The notes beneath the pieces are model-generated. The model saw nothing but the letters and a program-made list of their open reading frames with translations, was not told the origin of the DNA and did not search any database. 32,000 nt of DNA from Wallemia ichthyophaga EXF-994 (taxonomy: Eukaryota; Fungi; Basidiomycota): contig NW_008806304.1 in assembly GCF_000400465.1 (NCBI RefSeq), forward strand, positions 5,938 to 37,937, in the 5' to 3' direction. Shown here piece by piece: positions 11,401 through 21,590 of this stretch; position 1 is the stretch's first letter; the number at the start of each line of letters is the position of its first letter. A program made the position numbers and the translations under genes.

Positions 11401-13933
11401 CTAAGACGACAAGGTTGACACGAGATTCTGCCAAAAATGCATCTCCCTATCGTCGCTTTGTGTGTTGTCGTGTTGTGTGTGTCCGGGGGGAGTAGAAGAC
11501 GTGAGTGAGTTAACATCCAGCCACTGGTTGAGGAGTGCTTGAGCATGTTCACCGAGCAGATCCATCTCAATATCGCTTTGCGCTGTTTGTGGGGTGTGTG
11601 AGGTGTGTGAGTTGTTTGTACCACTCGAACCCGCGCCGTTAACCACCCCAACATCCCCAACACCCCCGCTATACTCCAGCAGCGCAGCGTCCGACGAGCT
11701 CGTCGTGCATATTTCCGGGAAATTCTGCGCACCCAATGGGAAGGATGGGTTGAGCGAAGCGGCTGGATCTGGTTCGATCGGTAGCTCCGACTTGATTGTG
11801 AGTGGGTGAGAGTGAATATCCAATCCGCCTAAGTTGAAGTTGGTGTGCTGGGTGTGATCGGGGTGATGGGGGTGCTCGGTTTGAGTATGCACAGTGTGCT
11901 CACCATGCTCACCATAATCACCCAACTCATCCCGTCTAACGTACCCACTCGTTCTTCTCCGCTTAGGCCTATCTTTGCCAGCCGCTTCACCCGTTTCGTC
12001 TAATTCTAATCGGCTCCTGCCCGCCGCAGACTTCGCACCTCTACCTCTCACACCACCGCTTTTGCTTCCTCTGCGACCTCGACTCCCGTCGGCGTCTCTA
12101 CTAACCTCACTCGCGCCTCTTTTGAACAGCTCGAGCACAGCGAGTTCGCGCACGGTCGCCTCGTCAACGCCGGTAGTGTGATGATCGAGGAACGCGCGCA
12201 GCTCATCAGCCTCTGCGCCAGTAGGGGTGAGTACGAGAGCGATACCGAGGATCATGAGACTAGTCATAATGCGATAAGAGCCCGCCGAAAGTTTCGCAGG
12301 ACGCGTCACCGCCCTATCCTGATACTGTTTACGTGCGACGAGGTCAGCCTTGGCGCTCTCAATAGCTGCTACCCGCGACGGAGAGTACTTGGTCGAGTGC
12401 GATTTGCCCAGGATTAGATAAGGCCGGTGTAGCGTTATCCGCACGAAATAAAACTCCGTGCTGAGAAAATAGCGGTGGGTGGACAAATACTTTAACGCAC
12501 TGTCGTGCGTTAGGTCTGGCTCGTCTAATTGGAAATAGGGAGGGAGAGCCTGCTTGAACTTTTGTAGCTCCCCGTCTAGCTCTAATATCACACTGTAGGG
12601 CGGCGGGCGCATTCCGAAGGCTGCTGTTTGAATTCGCCCCATTAGCTGCGCGAGTACGTGGCGGAGGATCGTGTAGGACATTATCGTTGGCGTGTGCAGC
12701 GAATGTGTTGATGTCATTTCCACTCCTCCCACTTCGCCAACTTCACCCGCTTCTTCGGCACGTGATTCGAGATCTTCGTCGGACATGTTGGTCGGCGGAC
12801 GCGTGTCGCAGTCGGCGTCGCTGATGGCGAGTGGCCGGCCGAGGAGGAGAGAGGACATGCGGTCTTGGTGGTATATGTATGACCAGACTTTCCGCCGCAA
12901 CTCTTGATCGAGTGTGCGTGAGATGTTAAGAGCACTGGGGTCACGGTGCAGACCGAGAGCCTGGGCGGTGTGGATGGCAGCACCGAGACTGGGAGTATGT
13001 TAGAGTGTCTACCTTCCTAACAATCAAAACCCACGGTACAAAACCCTCGCTCGCCCTCCTCACCAAGATCAAGTAGCGGGCAGTGAGCAAGCCACACAAA
13101 ACACTATCCAAATCGTCATCCTGCATCGCGGCGGCTAGATTTGCGGATCTGCGTGAAGCTCCGTAAAGGGATTGGTGGAGGTGGGTGCGTGTGGGAGTGT
13201 CACCCACTAGATTGTCGGGTGCAGTGAGAGTTGCGATTGCGAGAGTGATGAAAAGTAGTGGAATAAAGCGGATGGAGTGGGGAGTGAGTGAGCGAGTACC
13301 AGATTGCAGACAATGGTGTAAGGAGTGGTAGGAGGAGTAGAAGGTAGGTGAGAAAAGAGGATAGCGCCAGTCGATCTCATTGAAATAGAGACCGAGAAGA
13401 CCATCTTGGAGGTGTTTTCTGGGGAGACAAGCAATAGCGTGGTCTAGATGATTTATAGGAATACCAGAGGAGGATAACAACCTGGAAAGTTTATCAACGT
13501 TTGATTCTTGTTGGTGGAGGTTGAGGAGGGAGTTATCGCTGACGCTGGTCATAGCGCTGCTTCCAAAGAACCTGCCCTTATCTAGTCTGCCTTGGTTGCT
13601 TTTTTGGGTGTTATCGTGGGTATTCTGGGGGTAATCGTGGGTGTTATCGTTAGTGTTATCGTGATGGCTATTACATTTGTCTGAAAAATGATTGGTCAAG
13701 AGATTAGTGAGGTTATTGACGGTATTAGTTAGAGCATCTAATCTGCCATGTATGTCTAAATCAGATTGATATGGATCGTGTACACCGTCGATGAATTGTC
13801 TACAGAGATGTGGAATACGCCTGGCAATACACTGATCACAGGGCTGTTGACGATTACATTTCTGTTTTCTTCGGTGGCATTCGTAGCACGAGTAGTGAAC
13901 GCGCTTCCTTTGAGATTTTGAAGATGAGCTCAT
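11401..13933 (-). CDS. Zn(II)2Cys6 fungal transcription factor with fungal-specific TF middle-homology domain
   Basis: CYECHRRKQKCNRQQPCDQCIARRIPHLC binuclear cluster. Intron 12989-13034 gives LGAAIHTAQALGLHRD...RRKVWSYIYHQDR..SLLLGRP. ATG 13933 is preferred because the track's 13984 start lies inside the SDH7 coding sequence. Confidence 0.9.
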
Positions 13934-13964
13934 AGATGATGGTGGTAAGGGGTTAAGGAGGGAA

Positions 13965-14329
13965 TTACAACTTTTTAATTTCATTTAATAATTCAAATAA
14001 TTGGCTGGTCTGTTCATTGGATAGCTTGGCCAGGAGATGGTCGGTGTTGAGGGTGGAAGAGCCAGTAGACAGCTGATCCAAGTAAACCTTCCAAGAAGAC
14101 AAGAATCCTATTATTTGTAGTGGGTTGTCTATGTTTCTAAATAGTGGCTGTTACTATGGTTGTCATCTCTAACTAGAGAATGTACCCACCGATGCCTTCT
14201 AAACTCATCTCTCAAGTAATTATCACCGATTAATCTAAATTCCTTTGGTAGCTGTCGATGTAAGCGGTGTAGCTGTCTATATAACTTTATTGGTGGGAGT
14301 ATCTCTTTTGTAAAGTTCAAATTAGCCAT
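13965..14329 (-). CDS. SDH7: Succinate dehydrogenase assembly factor 3 (SDHAF3/Acn9, LYR family)
   Basis: LPPIKLYRQLHRLHRQLPKEFRLIGDNYLRDEFRRHR. Intron 14137-14189 continues NIDNPLQIIGFLSSWKVYLDQL...LSNEQTSQLFELLNEIKKL*. Confidence 0.88.
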
Positions 14330-14445
14330 GACTATTAGATGTCAAGTAGGGCTATTAATGTCCAAGTGCTTGATTATATTTCAAGCTGGACTATTGAATT
14401 CCAAATTGGACTATTAATGTTCAAGTAATTGTTTATAATTCAAGT
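14330..14445. repeat. Degenerate tandem repeat, about 6 copies of a 18-20 nt unit (consensus GGACTATTAATGTYCAAGT)
   Basis: Copies: gactattagatgtcaagt, gggctattaatgtccaagt, gcttgattatatttcaagct, ggactattgaattccaaatt, ggactattaatgttcaagt, aattgtttataattcaagt. Confidence 0.55.
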
Positions 14446-14467
14446 GTATCACTAGTAAATGTTTTAA

Positions 14468-14815
14468 CTATGGTTGTATATTTGAAGGGAAGTTTCCTTC
14501 TAAAAAGGTAGTCTTAATAAGTAATTCTAAGAAAATATACTCAACTCACCCTCAATCTGCTCAGTCCACTTATCCGTCCAACCATTTGGACAAATTGATT
14601 TATACGTTCTATGGAATTGCTTGCATGGTTGAAAATCTTCTCCTTTAGCATTTATACACTTGTGGTAATCAACGAATGCCTGCCAACAGTGTTTGGTTTG
14701 ATTGGTGTTGGGGAATCTAACATCGAATCCAGCTGTTTGGAGTACGTATTTGCTGATATTCGTTAAAATATCTCATTAAAATATCAATTCAAACCCACGA
14801 ATCACTTTCACTCAT
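14468..14815 (-). CDS. COX12: Cytochrome c oxidase subunit VIb (83 aa), not in the ORF track
   Basis: Exons 14815-14799, 14752-14550 and 14499-14468 (introns 46 and 50 nt). Protein: MSESDSKYVLQTAGFDVRFPNTNQTKHCWQAFVDYHKCINAKGEDFQPCKQFHRTYKSICPNGWTDKWTEQIEEGNFPSNIQP, with twin CX9C/CX10C motifs. Confidence 0.97.
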
Positions 14816-14847
14816 CTCTCCTCGTTGTTCTGGTACAACGATGCAAA

Positions 14848-15852
14848 ATGGATAAACTTCGATCTCATTTGGAAAATAAGCGTAAATTGGATCATAACGG
14901 TGACTATGGTGTGCACAAGTATTTAAAGAAGTCGGAATTTGATCAATTGGAGCAGCCACAGCAGCAACAGCAGCAGCAGCAGAAACAGCAACCCCACCAG
15001 CCACAGACGCCGCTGCGACAATCCCCGCAACCACAACACCCACCAGACACCCTCCCAAAGGACCCCCTTACCTCCAACGAGGACTGCATCAAGCGTCTTC
15101 GCCTCAAATCCCAACCAATCCGCCTATTCGCTGAATCTGATAAAGAAAGGCGGCTTCGTCTACGCGCTATTGAGCTGCTCTCTACTGAGTCTTCCAGCAA
15201 AGGTCAGCAGAACGACCTTCACAAGGCTCTTGAAGGTGTAGGTCAGGCCGAGTTAGGCCAGCTCGACACTGGGCAGAGTGTGCTTAGTGGTGAAAGTGCA
15301 CACCCCACACATACTTACAAACCCTACACTGACGATGAACTGCGTATCACCTGGCAGATGGTCAAGGTACACCACGACAAGCTCTACGCCACTATCTACA
15401 AATGGCTCAAGAATATGCTGCGTTTGTGGGACGCTGAGCTGCAACAGCGTCCAGACGAAATTAGACGCTCGAAGCAAGGTCAACTGACCACCGCGAACCA
15501 AGTCCAAACAGCTGGATATCTCAAACCTCTTTTCAAACTGCTCAAAACCAAAACCATTCAGTTGGATGTACTCTGTCTTCTAGGCGAAATACTCCTCTAT
15601 GCTCAGGAACGTAAATACCAGAATGCTAACGACGCTTACCTCCGCCTCTCGATCGGTAATGCCCCTTGGCCTATCGGGGTGACTATGGTAGGTATACACG
15701 ATCGATCTGCGCGCGAGAAAATATCTAGCGGCTCTGTGGCTCATGTCCTCAACGATGAGGTTTCGAGAAAGTACATTCAGTCTGTCAAACGCGTTCTCAC
15801 TTTCGCTCAGTCGAGGTATCCACCCGAAGACCTCTCGCAGATGGTGGGATAG
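14848..15852 (+). CDS. PRP18: Pre-mRNA splicing factor Prp18
   Basis: PRP4-like motif (IKRLRLKSQPIRLFAESDKERRLRLR) and Prp18 domain (YQNANDAYLRLSIGNAPWPIGVTMVGIHDRSAREKI, DEVSRKYIQSVKR). Contains a poly-Q tract. Confidence 0.95.
   Translation: MDKLRSHLENKRKLDHNGDYGVHKYLKKSEFDQLEQPQQQQQQQQKQQPHQPQTPLRQSPQPQHPPDTLPKDPLTSNEDCIKRLRLKSQPIRLFAESDKERRLRLRAIELLSTESSSKGQQNDLHKALEGVGQAELGQLDTGQSVLSGESAHPTHTYKPYTDDELRITWQMVKVHHDKLYATIYKWLKNMLRLWDAELQQRPDEIRRSKQGQLTTANQVQTAGYLKPLFKLLKTKTIQLDVLCLLGEILLYAQERKYQNANDAYLRLSIGNAPWPIGVTMVGIHDRSAREKISSGSVAHVLNDEVSRKYIQSVKRVLTFAQSRYPPEDLSQMVG
14956..14991 (+). repeat. CAG/CAA trinucleotide tract encoding poly-Gln in Prp18
   Basis: cagcagcaacagcagcagcagcagaaacagcaa run translating as QQQQQQQQQKQQ. 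Confidence 0.8.
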
Positions 15853-15941
15853 AGATGAAATGTCTTGTAATTGTATAAGCAAAATTATTTGTATATTTTA
15901 AATACACCTTTGTGTAAAAACTCCACTGCACATTGCACGCT

Positions 15942-17134
15942 CTACTCCTCCTCACCATCCTGTACATCCAGTCCAGCCTTAGCGAAGCTGAAATTGCTAT
16001 CGTGTTTCCTCGCTGTTTTTCTTTCTGGCTGCGCAACGGCGGCTGGTTTACCAGTAGGTGCGGCAGGAGCGCCCTTGCGCTCAAGGAGACTCTGCTCTCT
16101 CGTTGCGGTATCTACCGGCTTAGCGCCACCAAAGATTGAAGAGGGGTTTGAGCCGGTATGAGCCGTCTGGGTGGTACCTCTCGGAGCGAGCTGCAGTTTC
16201 CTGCGCTGGCCAGGAGCTTGAGACTGTGAGGAAGCCGAAGCGGGAGCCTTGGCAGATCTCCAAACTTCAGGTTCTTCGCTTTGCTGTGGAGGGGCGGCAC
16301 CCGCTCTAAAGTTAGCGCCACGCGACCACTCCTTCTCCTCTGCGCCAGCTCCACCAGCACTACCACCGAAACCGAAGCCGCGCTCCGAACGAGGCGGCGC
16401 GACTGGCTTAGCGGTGCCTCTCCAGTTGACGTTGTCGTCCGGCTGGGTGTTGGTAGGTTCAGCGGCAGTCATGGGGCGAGCGGATCTCCAGGCATCCTTG
16501 TCATCAGCGAAGGACCCACCGAAACCACCCTTCTTAGGTGGCTCAGCGACGGTCACGCGCACAGGCCTCGCTGCCAGACTCTGCCCGGTTTTTGCAAGTG
16601 CACCTTTGAGGTCGTCGAGGGTGGCGAACTCAGCATAGCCAAAGCCTTTCGGACGGTCGGAGATATCCCTCACTACCCGCACACTAGTCAGGGCGAGCTC
16701 GGCGAAGAAGGCGGCGATTTCCTCGTCGACGATGCTGTGGTTGAGGTTGCCGAGGAAGGCGGTGTATGGAGGGGCAGAAGGGAGGGGAACGGGTGGACGG
16801 GAAGCGTCGTTGCCGAAAGCACCCTCACTGGCGCCGTCTAGCCTGCCACCGAACTCGTCGCGTGCTGCTGCTGCGTGTGGGTGAGAAGAGGCGGGAGTGG
16901 ATACGGTGCTGGCTCACGGGCGGTTGGTAGCTCATCAGCTACGTCGTCATCGGCCCAGGAACCACCTGGTGGTGCTGTATTGGGTGTTACTGGCCTTGTT
17001 CTCTACTCAAACGTCAAATACCCACCCGGAGGCGCAATAAAGTCGTTCAAGGACATTTTAACCTTTTGGTTCTTCTTTGGAGCTGTGGGGGAGGCGTTGG
17101 CGTGGCCATTAACACGCACAATCCACTCACCCAT
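15942..17134 (-). CDS. TIF3: Translation initiation factor eIF4B
   Basis: First coding exon is 4 nt (ATGG, 17134-17131). Introns 17083-17130, 16975-17025 and 16871-16917 give MAPKKNQKVKMSLNDFI...GGSWADDD...APPYTAFLGNL...RPKGFGYAEF (RRM), then DDxWR-type repeats and RRKLQLAPR...SSIFGGAKPVDTA. Confidence 0.92.
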
Positions 17135-17468
17135 TTTGTATAATCACTACGCTGTTTCTGTTCTCGGTTCAGTTGAGAATCTTAATTGGTGGTGGGCTAT
17201 AAAAAATTATTTATTTTCTTTGGGAATAGAGTACTGCTGGTGCGTGTTCATGAGTGTATTCCCACACCCACTCCAACCACCCCAGCCACACAGATCCAAC
17301 TCCTAGTTGCAACCAACCAACTCACCGAGTTTTGAGCGCACATGTATAATATTCAGATATTCGCACTCCCTACCCTCAATTTACTCTACTGTCTTTTCAA
17401 ATAAAATTTTGTGGTCGTGAATATTGCAAATTTCTGACTTTGGTGGGTTCCAGCGTAACAACTTCAAC

Positions 17469-17873
17469 AGTAAGTAGAATTCAAAGAGGGAGGCGTGTGC
17501 GCGCGTGTGTGTGTGTGGCTATAGCTACATGAATACGCAGCCACTCTACGCTCTCGCTCTCCCTTGCAACACCCACTCACTCCTCGCAGTGGGTAAGGTC
17601 CACGGTTCATTGGCTCGTGCTGGTAAGGTCAGATCTCAAGCACCAAAGTGAGTTATAGTGCGCACATACACACCCAGTCTAACGCATCCCCAGAGTTGAA
17701 CCACAAGAGAAGAAGAAGGTGTGATTAGTGGATATCCCCACAGACCCCTCTGACTTCCCCTTCAGACCCCTAAGGGCCGCGCTCACAAGCGTATGCTCTA
17801 CAACCGTCGCTTCGTCAACGTTACTCTCATGCCAAACGGAAAGCGCAAAATGAATGCCAACCCAGAGAAGTAA
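17469..17873 (+). CDS. RPS30: 40S ribosomal protein eS30, not in the ORF track
   Basis: Start codon split A|TG by intron 17470-17589; further introns 17648-17693 and 17719-17765. Protein: [63 protein letters not shown]. Confidence 0.97.
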
Positions 17874-17952
17874 ATTGGTGTGTATCGTGTTCTTGTACGC
17901 ACGCCAATATCGATCCATCGAGTTACATTTGTTTTGATCCGCTCCGGCTAGT

Positions 17953-18799
17953 TCACTGTGCCATGGCAAAATTTGCATCCTCCACTGAGGCTATAACGTC
18001 AGTGCCCTCGACCAACTTGCTTCTTGCATAGCGGCCATTGTCAAGGTCGTTCTTCTCGGCCCTCTCCTCCGCCTCGAGGATGTCCTTGCAGATACCCGAC
18101 TCGATATGGCGCTTTACCAGTCTCTGCTTGGTCATGGCTTGGTCAATATCGATCCATATCTTCCTGTCTAGCGTGTGGGCTGCACTGGCCCACCGCTCCT
18201 CATCTAGCAGGACATAGTTGCCCTCTACGATGACGACAGCGACGTGCTCATCGATCTGCACACCCCCCGGCGTCGGATCTTTGAGCGAATGTGAGAATGT
18301 CGGTGCTTGCAGTGCTACCCTGGGTTCATCCTTGAGTGCGTGGATGAAGCGCGTGTACTCTTGCGCATCGAAAGTGTGAGGTGCGCCCTGCGACCGATTT
18401 CAGCGGGATTTCGCGCAAAACAAGACATACGCACACGTCTAGCAAATGCAGCAGCTGGGTCCTGCAGAGCGGCTTCAGCTATCTCAACAACCTTATTACA
18501 CTCCCCCACGCACTGGAAATTGAGACAGCTGCTCACGCGTATAATGCCAGCCATCCATACTCACGCACACAGCGCTGATGGCGTGGCTGGTGAGTTTATC
18601 TGTGAGATGCTTCGTGAAGGCTGCGTGGGCGTGAGTGGGTGTGTGCCTTGCAGCGTCACCACCCACAGCTCTTCCCGGAGCCGGGGAATCCTCCGACGCC
18701 GACCAGATATCTCTGTGTGCCAAATAACACGCTGTTTCGATTATCTCCCTTCAAATCGCAGAGAATATCATTCAATACACGGTTGGTGATGTGATCCAT
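17953..18799 (-). CDS. P-loop kinase of the PRK/uridine kinase/PanK-like family (Yfh7-like)
   Basis: Spliced product has Walker A RYLVGVGGFPGSGKS (intron 18621-18666), MDGWHYTR, ARRGAPHTFD, FSHSLKDP and VIVEGNYVLL. Exact first exon is uncertain. Confidence 0.85.
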
Positions 18800-18894
18800 T
18801 GGTGGTGGTGGTTGTAAGGGAATCAAACTACATTTATTTTATTTGGTTTATTTGCTGAAATATTTCATCTCCCGCTCCTTAGCAGATTACGCTG

Positions 18895-21548
18895 ATGAAC
18901 CAGCTCGCAGTGCCATACAAGCAAGCCAGCGATATTGACATACCCAGCGCTGTAAATGACTTTCTAACGCGTAAGAATATTCCTCCACAGTCGCTCGAAA
19001 GCGATGTATCCCGCTGGAGTGATTTGCGACGTCGCTGCATGCTACAACACGCCCAAAACAGCTTCCCTGAATATCTCCACCAGCTCACGTACATATCCAC
19101 AAGACTCCCGCGCGACATAATCTCTTTCGACTTTGCCACCCCTTTCCCCCACACCGCCGCCTTCTCTACCGAGGAAAGCTACGCGCTCGCCGATATCCAC
19201 TACGAGAAGGCCGCGCTGCTGTTCAACATAGCCGCCGCCTTCTCCCAATCCGCCGCCCAGCGCAGTCGCGCTTCCACTGACGGTATCAAAGCTGCTATCC
19301 AGGATCTGCAGGTGAGACCACTGATTTGTCTTTCTTTTTCCCTTTTCATTCCCATCGCAGCTGTCTGCCGGTGCGTTCGACTTGCTCAGCGACTCCCTCA
19401 GCGCCCTCAAGACCCACACTGCCACCACCCCCGACCTCGCACCAGACTACATCCGCACGCTCTCCACCCTCATGCTCGCCCAGGCGCAGGAATGCTACTG
19501 GCAGAAAGCCGTGCTGGATAACCTCAAGAACGGCTCTATAGCCAAGGTATCGATGGGTGTGAGTGGGTGTGCTATGCTACACGCGGTTACTACCCGACTC
19601 ACACGCTCACACTCACGCAGGTATCCAATCTCTACGAAGAGGCCTGCCAATTCGCCCTCAACTCTACTCCTCCTCCCGCTGATGCCCTTCCTCCGATATG
19701 GATCGCGCATATGCAGGTAAAGGCACACCACTTCGCCGCTGCCGCGCAGTATAGGCGCAGTCTCGATGATCTCAGTGCGAGCAGGTAAGTTTGTGTGAGT
19801 GAGGGTTTACACCAGCTCATACAGCTCAGATACGGACACGAGCTTTCTCGTCTCAATCTCGCCTCGGAGTTAGTAAAGAAAGCGATAGACTTCACCCATC
19901 GCAATCGAGTCCTGGAAGCAGTGAGACACGATCTCAAAGTAGGTTATTGATTGACTGCACAGCAACACAGCGCACACCCGCTCACACACGCACAACGCAG
20001 GGTCTGCACGAGACGGTGCTAGAGAGTCTAGCGCGGGGGACGAAAGACAACGATTTGATCTACCTGCACGATGTGCCAACGCCGCACCATCTGCCAGCGA
20101 TAGCGCCAGCGCGTATGGTTAGAGGTGTAGTGGGGGTGTCACTGACGAGTCAACACCCTACCATCCCTCCAGACGCCCTCCTCTTTGCACGCCTTACGCC
20201 CCTTGCTGTCGACGCGGCGTGCGAGCTGTGGGGCAATCGCAAACGCAGCCGTGTGCGCGAACTTGAACAACATACAGCCCACCTCGACAAGATGCAAGCA
20301 GAGGCACTACACGCTCTTAATCTCCCAGGGTCGCTGCAAGCGGGTGATCGCCGCGCTGATATTCCCCCAGGTCTACTCAGGAAAACGGAGGAGGTGGGAT
20401 CTGATGGTGGCTTAAACCTGCTCGACCGCCTCGTTGATGATGTTCAACTCCTCGCTCTTGGCTGCGAAGGCGTGCTCGACGAGGCTGTCGACTTGCTCGC
20501 GTTGGAGGAGGACGAAGATGGCCGTGTGCGTGCACAGCAATCTCAGTCGCAGCATGAAAACGATGCACACACAAACACAGCCGGTGTCGCCGATGTGCAA
20601 GTCTCGTCTATCGCTCACGCGCCCCTCGCGCAAGAGATACAGTCGCTGCAGCACACCCTAGAGGCTGCGTCGCGGTCAGATGGGATAGTTCAGCAGAAAA
20701 TGGCGGCAGCACGAGCGGATTTGGAGCTTATATCGTCGGATGTGGAGTGCATCAGACGGTCGTTGCCTAGTCATAGCCATACAGCACACGTACATACTCA
20801 TGCGCACTCCCTCCCCGTCGACGAGAACACTCGCAGCCTGCGCAGTGCACTCGAGAAACTCGACGATCTCGCGGATGATCGCAGAGTGCTTGTGCAGGAC
20901 GTGAAGAGTATTGTCAAACGCGACGATATCCGCACCAAAATAATCAGAGTGTTTGAGGAGAGCAAGCGGAGTGAGAGTGGAGTGAGCGAGGAGCACAACC
21001 AAAACAATCAGCACACAGACACTGACACTGACACTGACACACTCAGCCAATCAAATATGGCTATATTCGACGCCCTCTTTGAAGATGAGATGCGCAAATA
21101 CGACGAGATTTTCACAGAACTCGAGACTAATAGTAGCAGCCAAGATGCGCTGCTTAGCACCACGCGACAGCTATACAGCTTATTCGAGAAGCGCAAGCAG
21201 ACAGACGCGGGTTACGTCGCGCGCCAAGACAAGCTGCAAGCGCTCGACCTGGCCTACTACACGTATATAGAGATAAAGAATAATCTCAACGAGGGACTGC
21301 AGTTCTACAACAATTTCAGTCAGCTAGCTCATGGACTGAAAGGCGGGGTGGACAAGTTTATTCATCACCGCAGACTTGAGAGACAAGTGGCGATTGAGAA
21401 GTTGTCTAAGCACATAGAGAGCCTCACGCTGCACGAGAGCAGAGAGAGCATCACTAATTCCCCTCTTAAATCCTTTGCGAGGATACCTGATTCTCCTTCT
21501 CATCAGTTCGGAGAGTGGGATGAGAGTAAGCCGATACGGTTTGGATGA
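18895..21548 (+). CDS. RIM20: BRO1/ALIX-V domain pH-response protein PalA/Rim20
   Basis: Motifs YEKAALLFNIAAAFSQ, MLAQAQECYWQKA, RYGHELSRL, KDNDLIYL, ALNLPGSLQ, NLNEGLQFYN. Introns at 19312-19360, 19559-19620, 19785-19829 and about 19939-20000. Rim20 is preferred over Bro1 because there is no long Pro-rich tail. Confidence 0.8.
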
Positions 21549-21590
21549 GATGACGTATGCCAATTACATTCATTTTCTATATGCATTACA

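Noticed and set aside
13934-13984. ORF-track start of the Zn2Cys6 TF at 13984 (MKLKSCNS...)
   Set aside because: It overlaps the last exon of SDH7, so ATG 13933 was used for the CDS. The overlap is kept only as a finding.
16249-17306. Plus-strand ORFs of 129, 186 and 143 aa opposite eIF4B
   Set aside because: Antisense shadows of a GC-rich coding region with no recognisable motifs. The 143-aa ORF crosses eIF4B introns and exons.
18814-18885. Possible 5'-UTR intron of RIM20 (GTAAGG...GCAG)
   Set aside because: Plausible, but the branch site is weak and the upstream exon would overlap the YFH7-like start; unsupported without RNA data.
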